In this document: one piece after another, positions 1-9,224 of the stretch | Numbering within the stretch: position 1 is the first letter of the stretch | How the letters are laid out: each line of letters begins with the position of its first letter | NCBI GenBank assembly: GCA_965203055.1 | Contig: OZ241863.1 | Location: forward strand, 3,776,001 to 3,840,000 | Direction of reading: 5' to 3' | Source of the DNA: Spirochaetia bacterium | GTDB lineage: Bacteria; Spirochaetota; Spirochaetia; SZUA-6; Bin103 | DNA: 64,000 bases | Translations under genes and position numbers: made by a program | The notes under the pieces: generated by a model | Seen by the model: only the letters and a program-made list of their open reading frames with translations | Databases searched by the model: none | What the model was told of the DNA's origin: nothing

Positions 1-222
1 TACCACCACCCCCGGGCGGTCGTTCCAGAGCTGGTAGCCGTTCGCCATGGCGGCGGCGGCAACGTTGGTGAACGGCGTTACCGCTCCCGGGTCGCGCACC
101 GGGCCGGCGGACTGCTCCGCGCCGCAGCCGCCGATCAGCCCCGCGGCGCCGATGCCGATGAGGGCGCGAGCCAGCAGGTTGCCCGGCGCAGCCGGCGCGC
201 GCCGGCCAGCGTGCCGGGTCAC
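1..222 (-). CDS. N-terminal part (runs off window) of a lipoprotein, possibly CRTAC1/FG-GAP (ASPIC-UnbV) type
   Basis: Manual translation from GTG at 222: MTRHAGRRAP...ALIGIGAAGLIGGCGAEQ...PFTNVAAAAM...DRPGVVV. Lipobox-like LIGGC; GTGA overlap with the stop of the 219..1586 ORF. Confidence 0.55.
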   Translation of the reverse strand, partial: MTRHAGRRAPAAPGNLLARALIGIGAAGLIGGCGAEQSAGPVRDPGAVTPFTNVAAAAMANGYQLWNDRPGVVV

Positions 223-1586
223 GCCGCCTGGCGGTACCGGCGCGCGCGCCGGCCCAGGACGACCGCCATCAGCAGCAGCGGCAGCGCCGGCAGGGCCAGC
301 GAGATCGGCCCGGTCCGCGCCGGATCGACCACCCTGATCTGCCGCGCGCCGGTGGGCAGGGCCGCGTTCCGGGCGTCGCGCACCTGCACCTGCACCACGC
401 GGTCGCTCGGCGCCAGCGGCACGTGTACCGCGCGCAGCGACGGCTGCCGATTGGCGTGGTCGCCCGCCGGATCGAACGGCACGATCCGGTAGCCGCGCGC
501 CGCGCCCGCGGTTTGCGCGACGAAGAACGGCTCCTCCAGCCGGGTCTCCGGCGCCCGCGCCGCGCCGCTCCCGTCCCGGCGCGTCAGGTCGATCCGGGCG
601 CGCGGTATCTGCTGGGTACGGACCCAGCGCATCAGCGCACGGTTGCCCTTGGCGTCGTTGCGCAACATCCGCGCGTAGCGGTGGTCGTTGTACTCGATCT
701 GGAAGAACGGCCGCAGGTAGAGGTCGGCGGACCCATCGACGTATAGCACGGCCGACGGCGCGTTCGATTCCACCGGCCGGGTCCACTTGTCTCCGGGAAT
801 CACCTCCAATCCGACCGCGGCCGCGCGCCGGGGCGCGAACGCGATAACGGTGCGCTCGGAGCCTTCGACCGTCAGGCCATCCTCGGTCAGCAGGCGGATG
901 CGGTAGCGGCCGGGCGAAAGGTTGAGGATGATCGCCGGGCGCACCGCGGCCGGCGGGACCACGTAGGTGGCCGGACGCTGCGGCGGCTGCGGCTCTTCCA
1001 ACGCGCGCACCAGCGCCTCCAGTTCGCCGGTATCCGCACCCCGGTGGCGCAGCTCGCGGCCCTGCATCATCAGCTCGCTGAGCCGTTCCTGGTACGCCGC
1101 CTGGGCGCCTTGAAAGGCAAACGCAGCATCCCGATACGCGCGTTGCTCGGCCAAGTGTTCCCGGTAGATCCGGTGCGCGTCATCGCCGGTGGCTACGCGC
1201 CAGTTCAGCTCATACTCGCCGCGCACGTTGTAGTAGGTGTAGTCGATCATGCGCACGGTCAGCGGCTCGCGGCCGGGGCCGGTTACCTGCAGCGAACCGG
1301 GCACCGGGACGTTCAGGCCGCGCTGGTCGGTGAGCCACTGCCGGGTGATGGGCCAGAAGTAGACGAAGGTGTAACGCGCGGTCAGAAAGTTGTCGACATC
1401 CGCGATCAGGTAGATCGCGTCCGACTCCTCGCCGGCGAAGGTCGGCGTGTAATGCTTGCCGGTGAACGCGGTGGCAGTGTAGACGAACTGCTCCTCCCGC
1501 GGCGGCGCCTGGCCCCATGCCAGCCCGCCTGCCTCGGCCAGCATCAGCGCCGCCAGCGCCGCCTGCCGGATCCGCGCCGCCGTCAC
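219..1586 (-). CDS. Hypothetical exported protein with C-terminal membrane anchor
   Basis: Within ORF 219..1787. GTG at 1586 with GAGGAG RBS, signal-like N-terminus (AALAALMLAEAGGLAWG), hydrophobic C-terminus followed by basic residues. Confidence 0.65.
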   Translation of the reverse strand: MTAARIRQAALAALMLAEAGGLAWGQAPPREEQFVYTATAFTGKHYTPTFAGEESDAIYLIADVDNFLTARYTFVYFWPITRQWLTDQRGLNVPVPGSLQVTGPGREPLTVRMIDYTYYNVRGEYELNWRVATGDDAHRIYREHLAEQRAYRDAAFAFQGAQAAYQERLSELMMQGRELRHRGADTGELEALVRALEEPQPPQRPATYVVPPAAVRPAIILNLSPGRYRIRLLTEDGLTVEGSERTVIAFAPRRAAAVGLEVIPGDKWTRPVESNAPSAVLYVDGSADLYLRPFFQIEYNDHRYARMLRNDAKGNRALMRWVRTQQIPRARIDLTRRDGSGAARAPETRLEEPFFVAQTAGAARGYRIVPFDPAGDHANRQPSLRAVHVPLAPSDRVVQVQVRDARNAALPTGARQIRVVDPARTGPISLALPALPLLLMAVVLGRRARRYRQAA

Positions 1587-1656
1587 CCGCGTACTCCTCG
1601 TACCCCGAGCGTCAGGGAGAAGAACGCCGGGCCAAGGCTCAGGCGCATTCGGTCGC

Positions 1657-2508
1657 TCATGTGCTGATTCCGGGCACGTTCCAGGCGGTGAACGGGTAGG
1701 GGATGAGCCGTCCTGCGGCGCGGTAGGGAGCGAGGACCGCCTCCACCTCGGACGGCGCCAGCGACAGCACGGCGCGCAGCGCCTCATCCACTTCCGCGGC
1801 GGTGATACGGCGCGGATCGGGCACCACGACCAGATAGTCGACTACCCACCAGGGGTCGGCGTTAGGCCTGATCCGGGCGCCGGGAATGGTGGCTCGGTAG
1901 CGAAACGAGGTTTCCGGCGCAGCGTCCCACTCCACTTCGGCTAACCCCGCGAACAGTTCCTGGCCGCGCTCGGCGCCCTCCTCGGTCCGCTCCCGGGTGG
2001 GGTTTCCGCCGAAGGTCTGCACCGTGATCCGGGCCAACACGCGAATGTCCAGCCGCGGATGATCGAGCACCGCGGAGCCGGCGCGGCTCACCGGGCGCAA
2101 CTCGGACACGATGCCGCCGTCCACCTGCTGCTCGAACAATACCCAGCGGGCGAGGTCGGGAATCTCGTACCCGACCATCTCGATCGGCGCTGCGAGCACG
2201 TTGGCGCCGCGGCGCAGGGTAACGGCGACCGATTGCGGCAGGTAGTGGGGGGCGCTGACTTCGATCGTGGCCGGTCCGGGCTTGAGGCGGGTGAACCGCT
2301 GCGGCACCGCTCCGTGATCGGACTGAAAGTGGGCCAGCATGAACCGGTCCTGCAGGCGGATCGCGGCGCCGTACACCCAGCCGCCGCTCACCGCGTCCAC
2401 CACCCTGAACTCCAGCGTGGTATCGACCGGGTGGCTCACCGCCCACACCACCGCCGCCAGCGTAATCGGCACCACCGCGACTGCGGCCAGCGTCACCCTC
2501 CGCCTCAT
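1657..2508 (-). CDS. Hypothetical exported protein, carboxypeptidase-regulatory-like beta-sandwich domain
   Basis: ATG at 2508 overlaps the upstream stop (ATGA). N-terminal TM, then VVDAVSGGWVYGAAI...LKPGPATIEVSAPHY pattern. Confidence 0.6.
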   Translation of the reverse strand: MRRRVTLAAVAVVPITLAAVVWAVSHPVDTTLEFRVVDAVSGGWVYGAAIRLQDRFMLAHFQSDHGAVPQRFTRLKPGPATIEVSAPHYLPQSVAVTLRRGANVLAAPIEMVGYEIPDLARWVLFEQQVDGGIVSELRPVSRAGSAVLDHPRLDIRVLARITVQTFGGNPTRERTEEGAERGQELFAGLAEVEWDAAPETSFRYRATIPGARIRPNADPWWVVDYLVVVPDPRRITAAEVDEALRAVLSLAPSEVEAVLAPYRAAGRLIPYPFTAWNVPGIST

Positions 2509-4382
2509 GGCCGGCCGAAGTAGGTGAGCGCCCGCGCAAATGCCGCCTTGCCGATCCGGGCGCCGAGCCGGCGGCCCGGCAGGTCGTCCACGCGCGGATG
2601 GATGCCGCCGTACAGACGGGAGAGCGCGGCCTCGTCGGCGGCGTCGTAGTAGGTCGCCCACTGCAGCGCCAGCGTGGCGCTGGGGCCGGACTCGAAGGCG
2701 AGGAAATCGTGAGCGGGGGCAACGAATTCGCCCACGCCGCCGGGGAAGACCTCGCTGCCGGTAACGTTGGCCAGCACCTCCGCGGCCGCGCGGCTGAACG
2801 TGCTGTGGCCCGACACGTAGCCGGCGAACGGCGGGGTCACGAAGGTGTCGCGCTGGTAGGGGAGCCACTCGACTCCCCGCACCCAGCCGACGCCTCCGTA
2901 CGAATCGGGTTGCGCCGGCCTGCCGCGCCACCCCAACACCGCGATCTGGCCGACGAACTCCGCCAAGTGCGCATGCCGCTCGCCGGGCGCGGCGCTGGCG
3001 GCGGTGATCAATTCCGCCAGCCCCGGTTCCAGTGGCATACCGTATTGGTGGTATGCGGGCAGCCCCGGATCGGAGGACTGGCCGAGCTCCGCCAGCAGCC
3101 GGATGGCGGTGATCGGGCGCACGTAATCGTAGTGTCCCTTGATGCCCCAGGCAGCGATCGCGGCGTCGTGCAGGGCGCCGTTCAGTGCCAGATAGAGCTT
3201 GACGTCCCATTCGAGCGGGTCGAGCCGCGGCCCCGAGCCGCCGAGGCGCCGCTCCAGCAGCGGGTGATCGGTGACGTAGTTGGCCAGCGTGTTCCAGTGG
3301 CCCGGCGGCAACTCCGAGTCGGGGCCGTCGGCCCAGAACTCGGCGATGACGCGCGACCAGTCGCCGCGCCTGACCACGTTCGGGGCATACGGCTGACCGG
3401 TCACCGGGTTGCGCGGATGGCCGGTTCCGTCGTTGGCGCCGAGGCTGTTGTTGCCGCGCGCCCCGGGCGAGATGTCGATCAGTACGCCGTCGTCGGGGGT
3501 GAGGGTGGCGCCGTACCGGATCACCTCGAGGAACGTCTCCTGATACTCGGCGCTGCGCGCGCCGCCCAGGTAGGGCGGCGGCCCCGGGTCGTGATACACC
3601 CCGGGAGCGTCGAGGTCGGCGGCGGCCAGCGCGAACGGCGTGACCTGCCCCCAGTGCGAACCGAGGAATCGTTGCACCGGCCCCGGCTGCACGTTGCCCG
3701 CCTGGTCGAGGCGCCGGCGCAAGGAGAGCGGCTGCCAGCGGTTGGGGTCGACCACCAGGCTGGTGCCCGGCTCCAGGACCACCAGCGGTGGATTGACCGG
3801 CCGGTAGCCGCGCTCGAAGGCGTAGCCGCCGAATTCGTCCGCGCCGTCCCGGTACCCGTGGTCAAGGACCAGCTTGGCGATCCGGTTGCCCACCGCCGCC
3901 GGGTCGGTTCCGGCCAGCCGCACGTCGCCGCGGTCGTAGCCGAGCGCGGCGAACAGCTCGTCGAACCTTGGCAGCGTCGAAGCGGCGCCGGGTGAGGTCC
4001 GGTAGCGCGCGCGCAGCACCCGATACGCGGCGTGGCTGATCGCTGCGCGGCGCGCCGCGGCCACGTCGCCGGACGCGGCGCGCTCGCGCGCCAGCACCGG
4101 CCGGGCATGCTCGTCGAACACCGCCCACGCATCCCACATTGCCACCGACACGTGATGGAGATTGCGCGCGTGGACCGTAGGAAAGGCGTAGTCCTTGCGG
4201 ATCGCCTCCAGGAGCAGCTCGTTCCATTGCCGCGCGATCGAATGCGGTTGGGCCGCAAGAGGAGCCGCGGCGGCCAGCAACACCGCCGCGGCCGCGCGCG
4301 CCGCAGGGTGCGGCCGCGCACTTCGGCGCGCACCGGTCTCGCAGACCCTTACCGAGGAGGTCAGGATGGCGGCGTCGTTCAT
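2505..4382 (-). CDS. Vanadium-dependent haloperoxidase (PAP2 superfamily), secreted
   Basis: Motifs KGHYDYVRPITAIR, TPPFAGYVSGHSTFS and SRLYGGIH; signal-like AAAAVLLAAAAPLAAQ. Start codon uncertain. Confidence 0.85.
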   Translation of the reverse strand: MNDAAILTSSVRVCETGARRSARPHPAARAAAAVLLAAAAPLAAQPHSIARQWNELLLEAIRKDYAFPTVHARNLHHVSVAMWDAWAVFDEHARPVLARERAASGDVAAARRAAISHAAYRVLRARYRTSPGAASTLPRFDELFAALGYDRGDVRLAGTDPAAVGNRIAKLVLDHGYRDGADEFGGYAFERGYRPVNPPLVVLEPGTSLVVDPNRWQPLSLRRRLDQAGNVQPGPVQRFLGSHWGQVTPFALAAADLDAPGVYHDPGPPPYLGGARSAEYQETFLEVIRYGATLTPDDGVLIDISPGARGNNSLGANDGTGHPRNPVTGQPYAPNVVRRGDWSRVIAEFWADGPDSELPPGHWNTLANYVTDHPLLERRLGGSGPRLDPLEWDVKLYLALNGALHDAAIAAWGIKGHYDYVRPITAIRLLAELGQSSDPGLPAYHQYGMPLEPGLAELITAASAAPGERHAHLAEFVGQIAVLGWRGRPAQPDSYGGVGWVRGVEWLPYQRDTFVTPPFAGYVSGHSTFSRAAAEVLANVTGSEVFPGGVGEFVAPAHDFLAFESGPSATLALQWATYYDAADEAALSRLYGGIHPRVDDLPGRRLGARIGKAAFARALTYFGRP

Positions 4383-4526
4383 CCGGCGGCGAGGCGCCGG
4401 GCGAGTTCGGGGAGGCTCACGAACCGAATGGTACCGCCCGGGAAGTCGCGTACGTAGGAACGCTCGGTGTCGGAAGTAACGACATAATTCAGCCCGTCCG
4501 GATAGCGTACTCAATAGCTGCGGCGT

Positions 4527-4555
4527 ACCATATGCAAACCGGAATGACATATGGT
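4527..4555. promoter_or_regulatory. Inverted repeat in divergent intergenic region, possible operator
   Basis: ACCATATG-N13-CATATGGT in an AT-richer spacer between divergent genes. Confidence 0.35.
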
Positions 4556-4664
4556 GCCACCAAATGTCAAGTCCGGTGGCGTCTGGTACCGTTTGGTCGT
4601 GAGCGCGCAGCATGTTGGCGCGGCCGCCGATGCTGATAGAATGGCCTCGCCGAGGAGGTGTGCC

Positions 4665-5546
4665 ATGGGACAATCAACCACTCCGAATGGCGTTGCGGTG
4701 CGGCCCGAGCCGGGGCTGCCGGCGGCGCGGCTGGAGCAGTTGCAGCGGGACGGGTTCTGCGTGATTCCGCAGGTGGTCGACGGCGCGGTGCTGGAGCTCA
4801 CGCGGCGGTGCGCGCAACGCGCCGTGGCGGCGCAGGACGCCGAAAGCCTGGCCCGCGCCCGTTCGCCGGGCACCCTGATCGACTCCGGTCCCTACCCGGA
4901 GCTGGCCGATCTGGTCGGCAACCCGCAGGCGCTGCATGAGTTGGAGCGGATGGGCCTGACCGACGTCGTGTTCTGGAAGGCGGTGATCATCAGCAAGTTT
5001 CCCGGCGGGCCGCGGCTGTATTGGCACCAGGACTGCATGATGTGGCAGGACCCGCGCGCCTACAGCGCCATCGCGCCGATGATCTTTCTGATGTACTACC
5101 TGGAGGATACCAACCCGTTCAACGGCTGCCTGCGGGTGCTGCCCGGCAGCCACCGCCGGCGCCATCCGCTGCACGACGTCGGCGAGGCGCATACCAGGGA
5201 CGTCAACAGCATCGACGACCCCGACGACCCGCGCTTTCGCGACTACGCCGGCGCCGCCGACGTGCCGGTGACCGCCGGCGACCTGGTGGTCGGCGACGCG
5301 CGGCTGCTGCACGCCGCCCACGCCAACCGGTCCGACCGGCAGCGGACGGTGATCACCATCTGGTTCTATCCGCTGTTCAGCGATCTGCAGGAACCGACCC
5401 AGCGCTGGTTCCACGACGACATGCACCGCCGCCACGACGGCTGGCCGCCGGAGGCCCTCGCCAAGATCGCGCCGGTCATTCCCCGCTACGCCGGCAGCGC
5501 GGCGGCAATGGAGATAAACCGCCAGCCGGGACCGCTGCTGGCGTGA
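4665..5546 (+). CDS. Phytanoyl-CoA dioxygenase family (Fe/2OG) protein
   Basis: RDGFCVIP, WHQD iron motif, NGCLRVLPGSH, distal HAAHAN..R. GAGGAGG RBS before ATG 4665. Confidence 0.88.
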   Translation: MGQSTTPNGVAVRPEPGLPAARLEQLQRDGFCVIPQVVDGAVLELTRRCAQRAVAAQDAESLARARSPGTLIDSGPYPELADLVGNPQALHELERMGLTDVVFWKAVIISKFPGGPRLYWHQDCMMWQDPRAYSAIAPMIFLMYYLEDTNPFNGCLRVLPGSHRRRHPLHDVGEAHTRDVNSIDDPDDPRFRDYAGAADVPVTAGDLVVGDARLLHAAHANRSDRQRTVITIWFYPLFSDLQEPTQRWFHDDMHRRHDGWPPEALAKIAPVIPRYAGSAAAMEINRQPGPLLA

Positions 5547-5559
5547 TCTTGCAAGTGGT

Positions 5560-7968
5560 TCAGGCGGTGAACAACTCGAGCTGGCGCTCGTTGCGGCGCA
5601 CCTCCCCGAAGTCGCGGCGCAGGGCGGCCAGCACCGGCTCCGCCACCGGGCGGAGCTGGCGTTCGATGTAGTGCTCGTAGTCGAGCGGCTGGGTGCGGCG
5701 GTCGGCCGGTTCCGGCCCCTCGACGGTCATCACGTAGTCGATCACCTCCCGTTGCGAGCCGCCTGCGGCGGGGCCGGCGGACGTGTCGCCGGCGGCCGGC
5801 GGGTCCTCCGCGGCGCGGCGCTTGCGGGCGGCCACGACGTGGGGCGGCAGCGCCCGGTAGGCGCGCGCATCCTTGCGCAGCGTCTTGTGGTACACCAGAT
5901 CGGCATCGCGGCGGCCGGCGGCTACCGCGTCGATCACTGACCGCAGGTACGCTTCCACCGGCTCGCCGGCGAACAGCCGCCGGTACAGCTCGCGCTGCAC
6001 CTCGTGGGCCAGGGCGGTCCAGTCGCGCCGCACCACCTCCATGCCGGTGAAGTGCAGCTTGCCCTGCGCCAGACCGGCGTAGCGCTTGGTGGCGCCGCGC
6101 CCGCCGCCGCGCACCAGCGGCAGGAACAGGCGCTCGAACGCCATTTCGAACTCCATCTCCAGGTAGCTCGGCACCCGCCAGGCGGCGGCGACGTAGGCCG
6201 CCAGGTCGGCGTTCAACGCCGCGGCCAGCCGCGCGCCCTCGCGCGGCGCGGCGCCGGCCACGAACACGCTGTCGGTATCGCCGTACAGCACCTGCAGCCC
6301 GCGCCGTTCCATCCAGGTCCGGGCCCACAGCAGGAAGTGCTTGCCGAAGCCGGTGATGGCATTCGCCAGGCGCGGGTCGTGGAACCGGCAGGCCGAGGTC
6401 CCGAGCACGCCGTAGAAGGAGTTCATCAAGATCTTGATGGCATGGCTGGCGACCGCGTTGCCGGCTTGCCGGGCCTGCTCGCGGCTGGCGAACAGGTCGT
6501 CCAGCATGGCGCTGAGGATGCCGCGGCGGCGCCGGAAGCGCGCGCCGTTGGGGGCCTCGATCGCATCCTCGGGGCCTTCCGCGGAGCCGCTGCCGTCCCG
6601 AATCAGCCCGAGGGGGTCGATCTGGAAGGTGCGGATGATGCTCGGATAGAGGCTCTTGAAGTCGAACAGCAGCACCTGATCGTGCAGTCCGGGGCGCGGC
6701 CGCAGGACGTGGCCGCCCTGGGTGTGCTCCTGCGCGGCGGCCGCGTCCAGCTCCGCGCCCACCGTCGGCGCCACCACCCGGCGCTCCCGCAGGCGGGACA
6801 GGTAGAGGAAGTCGAACGCGGCGATGGAGGAGCCCACCCGGTCCGGCGGCATCCCGGTGAGCGCGCTGCGCTCCACGGTGAAGGGCACCAGCTCCAGCTT
6901 CTCCAGGATGTCGAGCGCCAGGCGCGCGTCGGTCAGATTGTACTCCACGAAGCGCGCCGGATCATGGGTGAAGGTACGCATGATCCGGTCCGCATGGCCC
7001 GGCCCGCCGCCGCCCAGGGTCTTGCCCTCGCCGAGAATCTCCTGCGCCGCGGCCTCCAGGCTGTAACGCTCCAGCCGCACCGACACCGCGCGCAGCAGGC
7101 GAATGCCATCCAGCACGACCCGCCCGGGAATGAAGATGGAATCGGAGAACCGGCGCCCGCCGCCGCGCTCGCGCTGGCGCAACGCGCCGGGCGCGCGGCC
7201 CCACTCCAGCGCCGCGCCGGCCGCCGCCGCGCGGCGGATCAACACCGGCACGTCGAAGTCGATGATGTTCCAGCCGGTCACCACGTCGGGATCCAGGGCG
7301 CGGATGCGCCGCCCCAGGGCGGCCAGCAACTCCGCTTCGCTGGCGCACGGCGTGGCCGCCGCGGGGCAGGCCGCGCGCGCCCGCTCGTCGGGGCACCACA
7401 GCAGCACTTCCCGCGCCCCGCAGCCCCACAACGCCACCGACAGCAGCCGCTCGTCGGGGCCGGTCTCGATGTCCAGCGACAGCGTGGTGAGCGCCGGCGT
7501 CCACTGCGCCGGGCGCAGCGCCGGCTCGTCGAACAGCACGGTGGCGGAGGGCGCGCCCTCCCACCCCGGCAGGGGGCGCGGCTCCCCTTCGATCAGCAGC
7601 GCGCTGCGGATGCCGCGGTCGATCAGGTAGCGGTAGGCGAAGCGCACGTCGGCCTCGAAGGTGCGCACCCCGGCGCGGTGCAGGCGCGCGCGCAGCGCCG
7701 CGGCCTCGGCCGGCCGCGGCAACCGCACCCGCAGCACCGGTTGGCCCTGCAGCGTGCGGCGCTCGACCGCTTCCAGCTCCGCGGCGCCCAGGCTCAGCGC
7801 CTGCTCGCGGGCGCTGCTCTCGACGTAGAAATAGGGTTGCGGGCGGCGGTCGCGGACCACGAAGGGGCGGCCGTCGCGCAGCTTCCCGTAGAGCCGCACG
7901 ACCGCGCGGCCGCTGCCGGGCTCGGCGGCGTGGGCAACGTTGAGGATGAACCCGAGCTGCCCGCTCAC
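5560..7968 (-). CDS. polB: DNA polymerase II (family B)
   Basis: Exonuclease motifs SLDIET and GWNIIDFD; polymerase motifs DFKSLYPSII, KILMNSFYGVLG and YGDTDS. Confidence 0.93.
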   Translation of the reverse strand: MSGQLGFILNVAHAAEPGSGRAVVRLYGKLRDGRPFVVRDRRPQPYFYVESSAREQALSLGAAELEAVERRTLQGQPVLRVRLPRPAEAAALRARLHRAGVRTFEADVRFAYRYLIDRGIRSALLIEGEPRPLPGWEGAPSATVLFDEPALRPAQWTPALTTLSLDIETGPDERLLSVALWGCGAREVLLWCPDERARAACPAAATPCASEAELLAALGRRIRALDPDVVTGWNIIDFDVPVLIRRAAAAGAALEWGRAPGALRQRERGGGRRFSDSIFIPGRVVLDGIRLLRAVSVRLERYSLEAAAQEILGEGKTLGGGGPGHADRIMRTFTHDPARFVEYNLTDARLALDILEKLELVPFTVERSALTGMPPDRVGSSIAAFDFLYLSRLRERRVVAPTVGAELDAAAAQEHTQGGHVLRPRPGLHDQVLLFDFKSLYPSIIRTFQIDPLGLIRDGSGSAEGPEDAIEAPNGARFRRRRGILSAMLDDLFASREQARQAGNAVASHAIKILMNSFYGVLGTSACRFHDPRLANAITGFGKHFLLWARTWMERRGLQVLYGDTDSVFVAGAAPREGARLAAALNADLAAYVAAAWRVPSYLEMEFEMAFERLFLPLVRGGGRGATKRYAGLAQGKLHFTGMEVVRRDWTALAHEVQRELYRRLFAGEPVEAYLRSVIDAVAAGRRDADLVYHKTLRKDARAYRALPPHVVAARKRRAAEDPPAAGDTSAGPAAGGSQREVIDYVMTVEGPEPADRRTQPLDYEHYIERQLRPVAEPVLAALRRDFGEVRRNERQLELFTA

Positions 7969-9125
7969 GGCGCGCCCGGCAACTCGGCGACCGGAACTTC
8001 GCGCCCGCCCTGGGCGGCGGAGCGGTAGGCGGCGTACAACACCGCGGTGGTGACGAAGCCCAGCTCCGCCCCGCATTGCGGCGCCGCGCCGCGCGCGAAG
8101 CAGTCATAGAAGTGGGCCAGTTCCTGCGGGTAGCCGTGCATCCAGCCCTCGTCCGGCGCCGGCTGCGACCAGCCCTGCTTGGTGCCGATCTTCTCCACCA
8201 CGTAGATGTCGTCGAACTGCTCCTCGCGCGGATTGTAGGTCTGCAGCGCATCGACCGGGTTGAGATTGCAGCGCGTGCGGTGGTTGTTGGCGAACACTTC
8301 CAGCCAGTTGGAAACGCCGCCGAGCACCACCTCGGAGGCAAACACGTCGGCGACGGTGCCGTCGCCGAAGGTCACGTGCAGCGCGCCGCAATCCTCGATC
8401 TCCTCGTAGTCGGCGCGCAGGAAACCGGCGTCGCGGTAGCCGGGCAGGCGCGTGAGGGAATGGACCCGGGCGCTCACCGTGGCCGGACGAATCGGCCGGC
8501 CGTCATGGGCGCGGCCCTCCTCCTCCTTGAGGAACAGCATGGCGGTCAACGGATGGCATGCCTTGCCCATCAGGGAGCCGCCGCCGGAGTGGCGCCACCG
8601 GCCGTACAGCGGCGAGTGCGAACCGGAGTGCGATTCCTCCCCCAGCATGCGCAGCAATTGCGCCTTGCTCTTGCGTACGATCTCCGCCTCCTTCTGCACC
8701 GCGGGCGCGAACACCCAGTTCTCGGCGTACCCCAGGGTGGCGCTGCCGGCCCGCTCGGCGGCGAGCATGCGCCGCGCGCTGGCCACCGCCGCGGCCTCCA
8801 TCTCGGCGCGCGGCGTGTCGGCGGCGGCGAAGCAACCGGTGAACGGCTTTTCCAGTATGACGTGGACGCCGGCGGCCAGCGCCGCGCAGGTAATTTCCTC
8901 GTGCGCGGCGGGCGGGGCGCACACGTGCACCACGTCCACCTGTTCCAGCAGTTCCGGCAAACTCGCGGCGTCAGCCAACCGATGGCGCGCGGCGAACGCG
9001 GCCCGGCGCGCCGCGTTCGGCGAAAAGACCGCCGCCGGCCGCACCTCCAGGTGGCGGCAGGCGCTCAGCCCGGCGACGTGGAACTCGGCGGCGAAGCCGC
9101 TGCCGGCAATGCCTGACCTGATCAT
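7965..9125 (-). CDS. Gfo/Idh/MocA family oxidoreductase
   Basis: GIAGSGFAAEFH Rossmann motif, HVILEKP, GGGSLM..ACH. Confidence 0.88.
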   Translation of the reverse strand: MIRSGIAGSGFAAEFHVAGLSACRHLEVRPAAVFSPNAARRAAFAARHRLADAASLPELLEQVDVVHVCAPPAAHEEITCAALAAGVHVILEKPFTGCFAAADTPRAEMEAAAVASARRMLAAERAGSATLGYAENWVFAPAVQKEAEIVRKSKAQLLRMLGEESHSGSHSPLYGRWRHSGGGSLMGKACHPLTAMLFLKEEEGRAHDGRPIRPATVSARVHSLTRLPGYRDAGFLRADYEEIEDCGALHVTFGDGTVADVFASEVVLGGVSNWLEVFANNHRTRCNLNPVDALQTYNPREEQFDDIYVVEKIGTKQGWSQPAPDEGWMHGYPQELAHFYDCFARGAAPQCGAELGFVTTAVLYAAYRSAAQGGREVPVAELPGAP

Positions 9126-9224
9126 GTGGCTCCCTCCCGTTGGCGGGTACCGCGCGCCTGCCCGTTGCCGGTGGCTGGACAGCAGGCAAGGCTTGGTCCC
9201 ACTCTGCTGGCGGAGATTCTAGAC

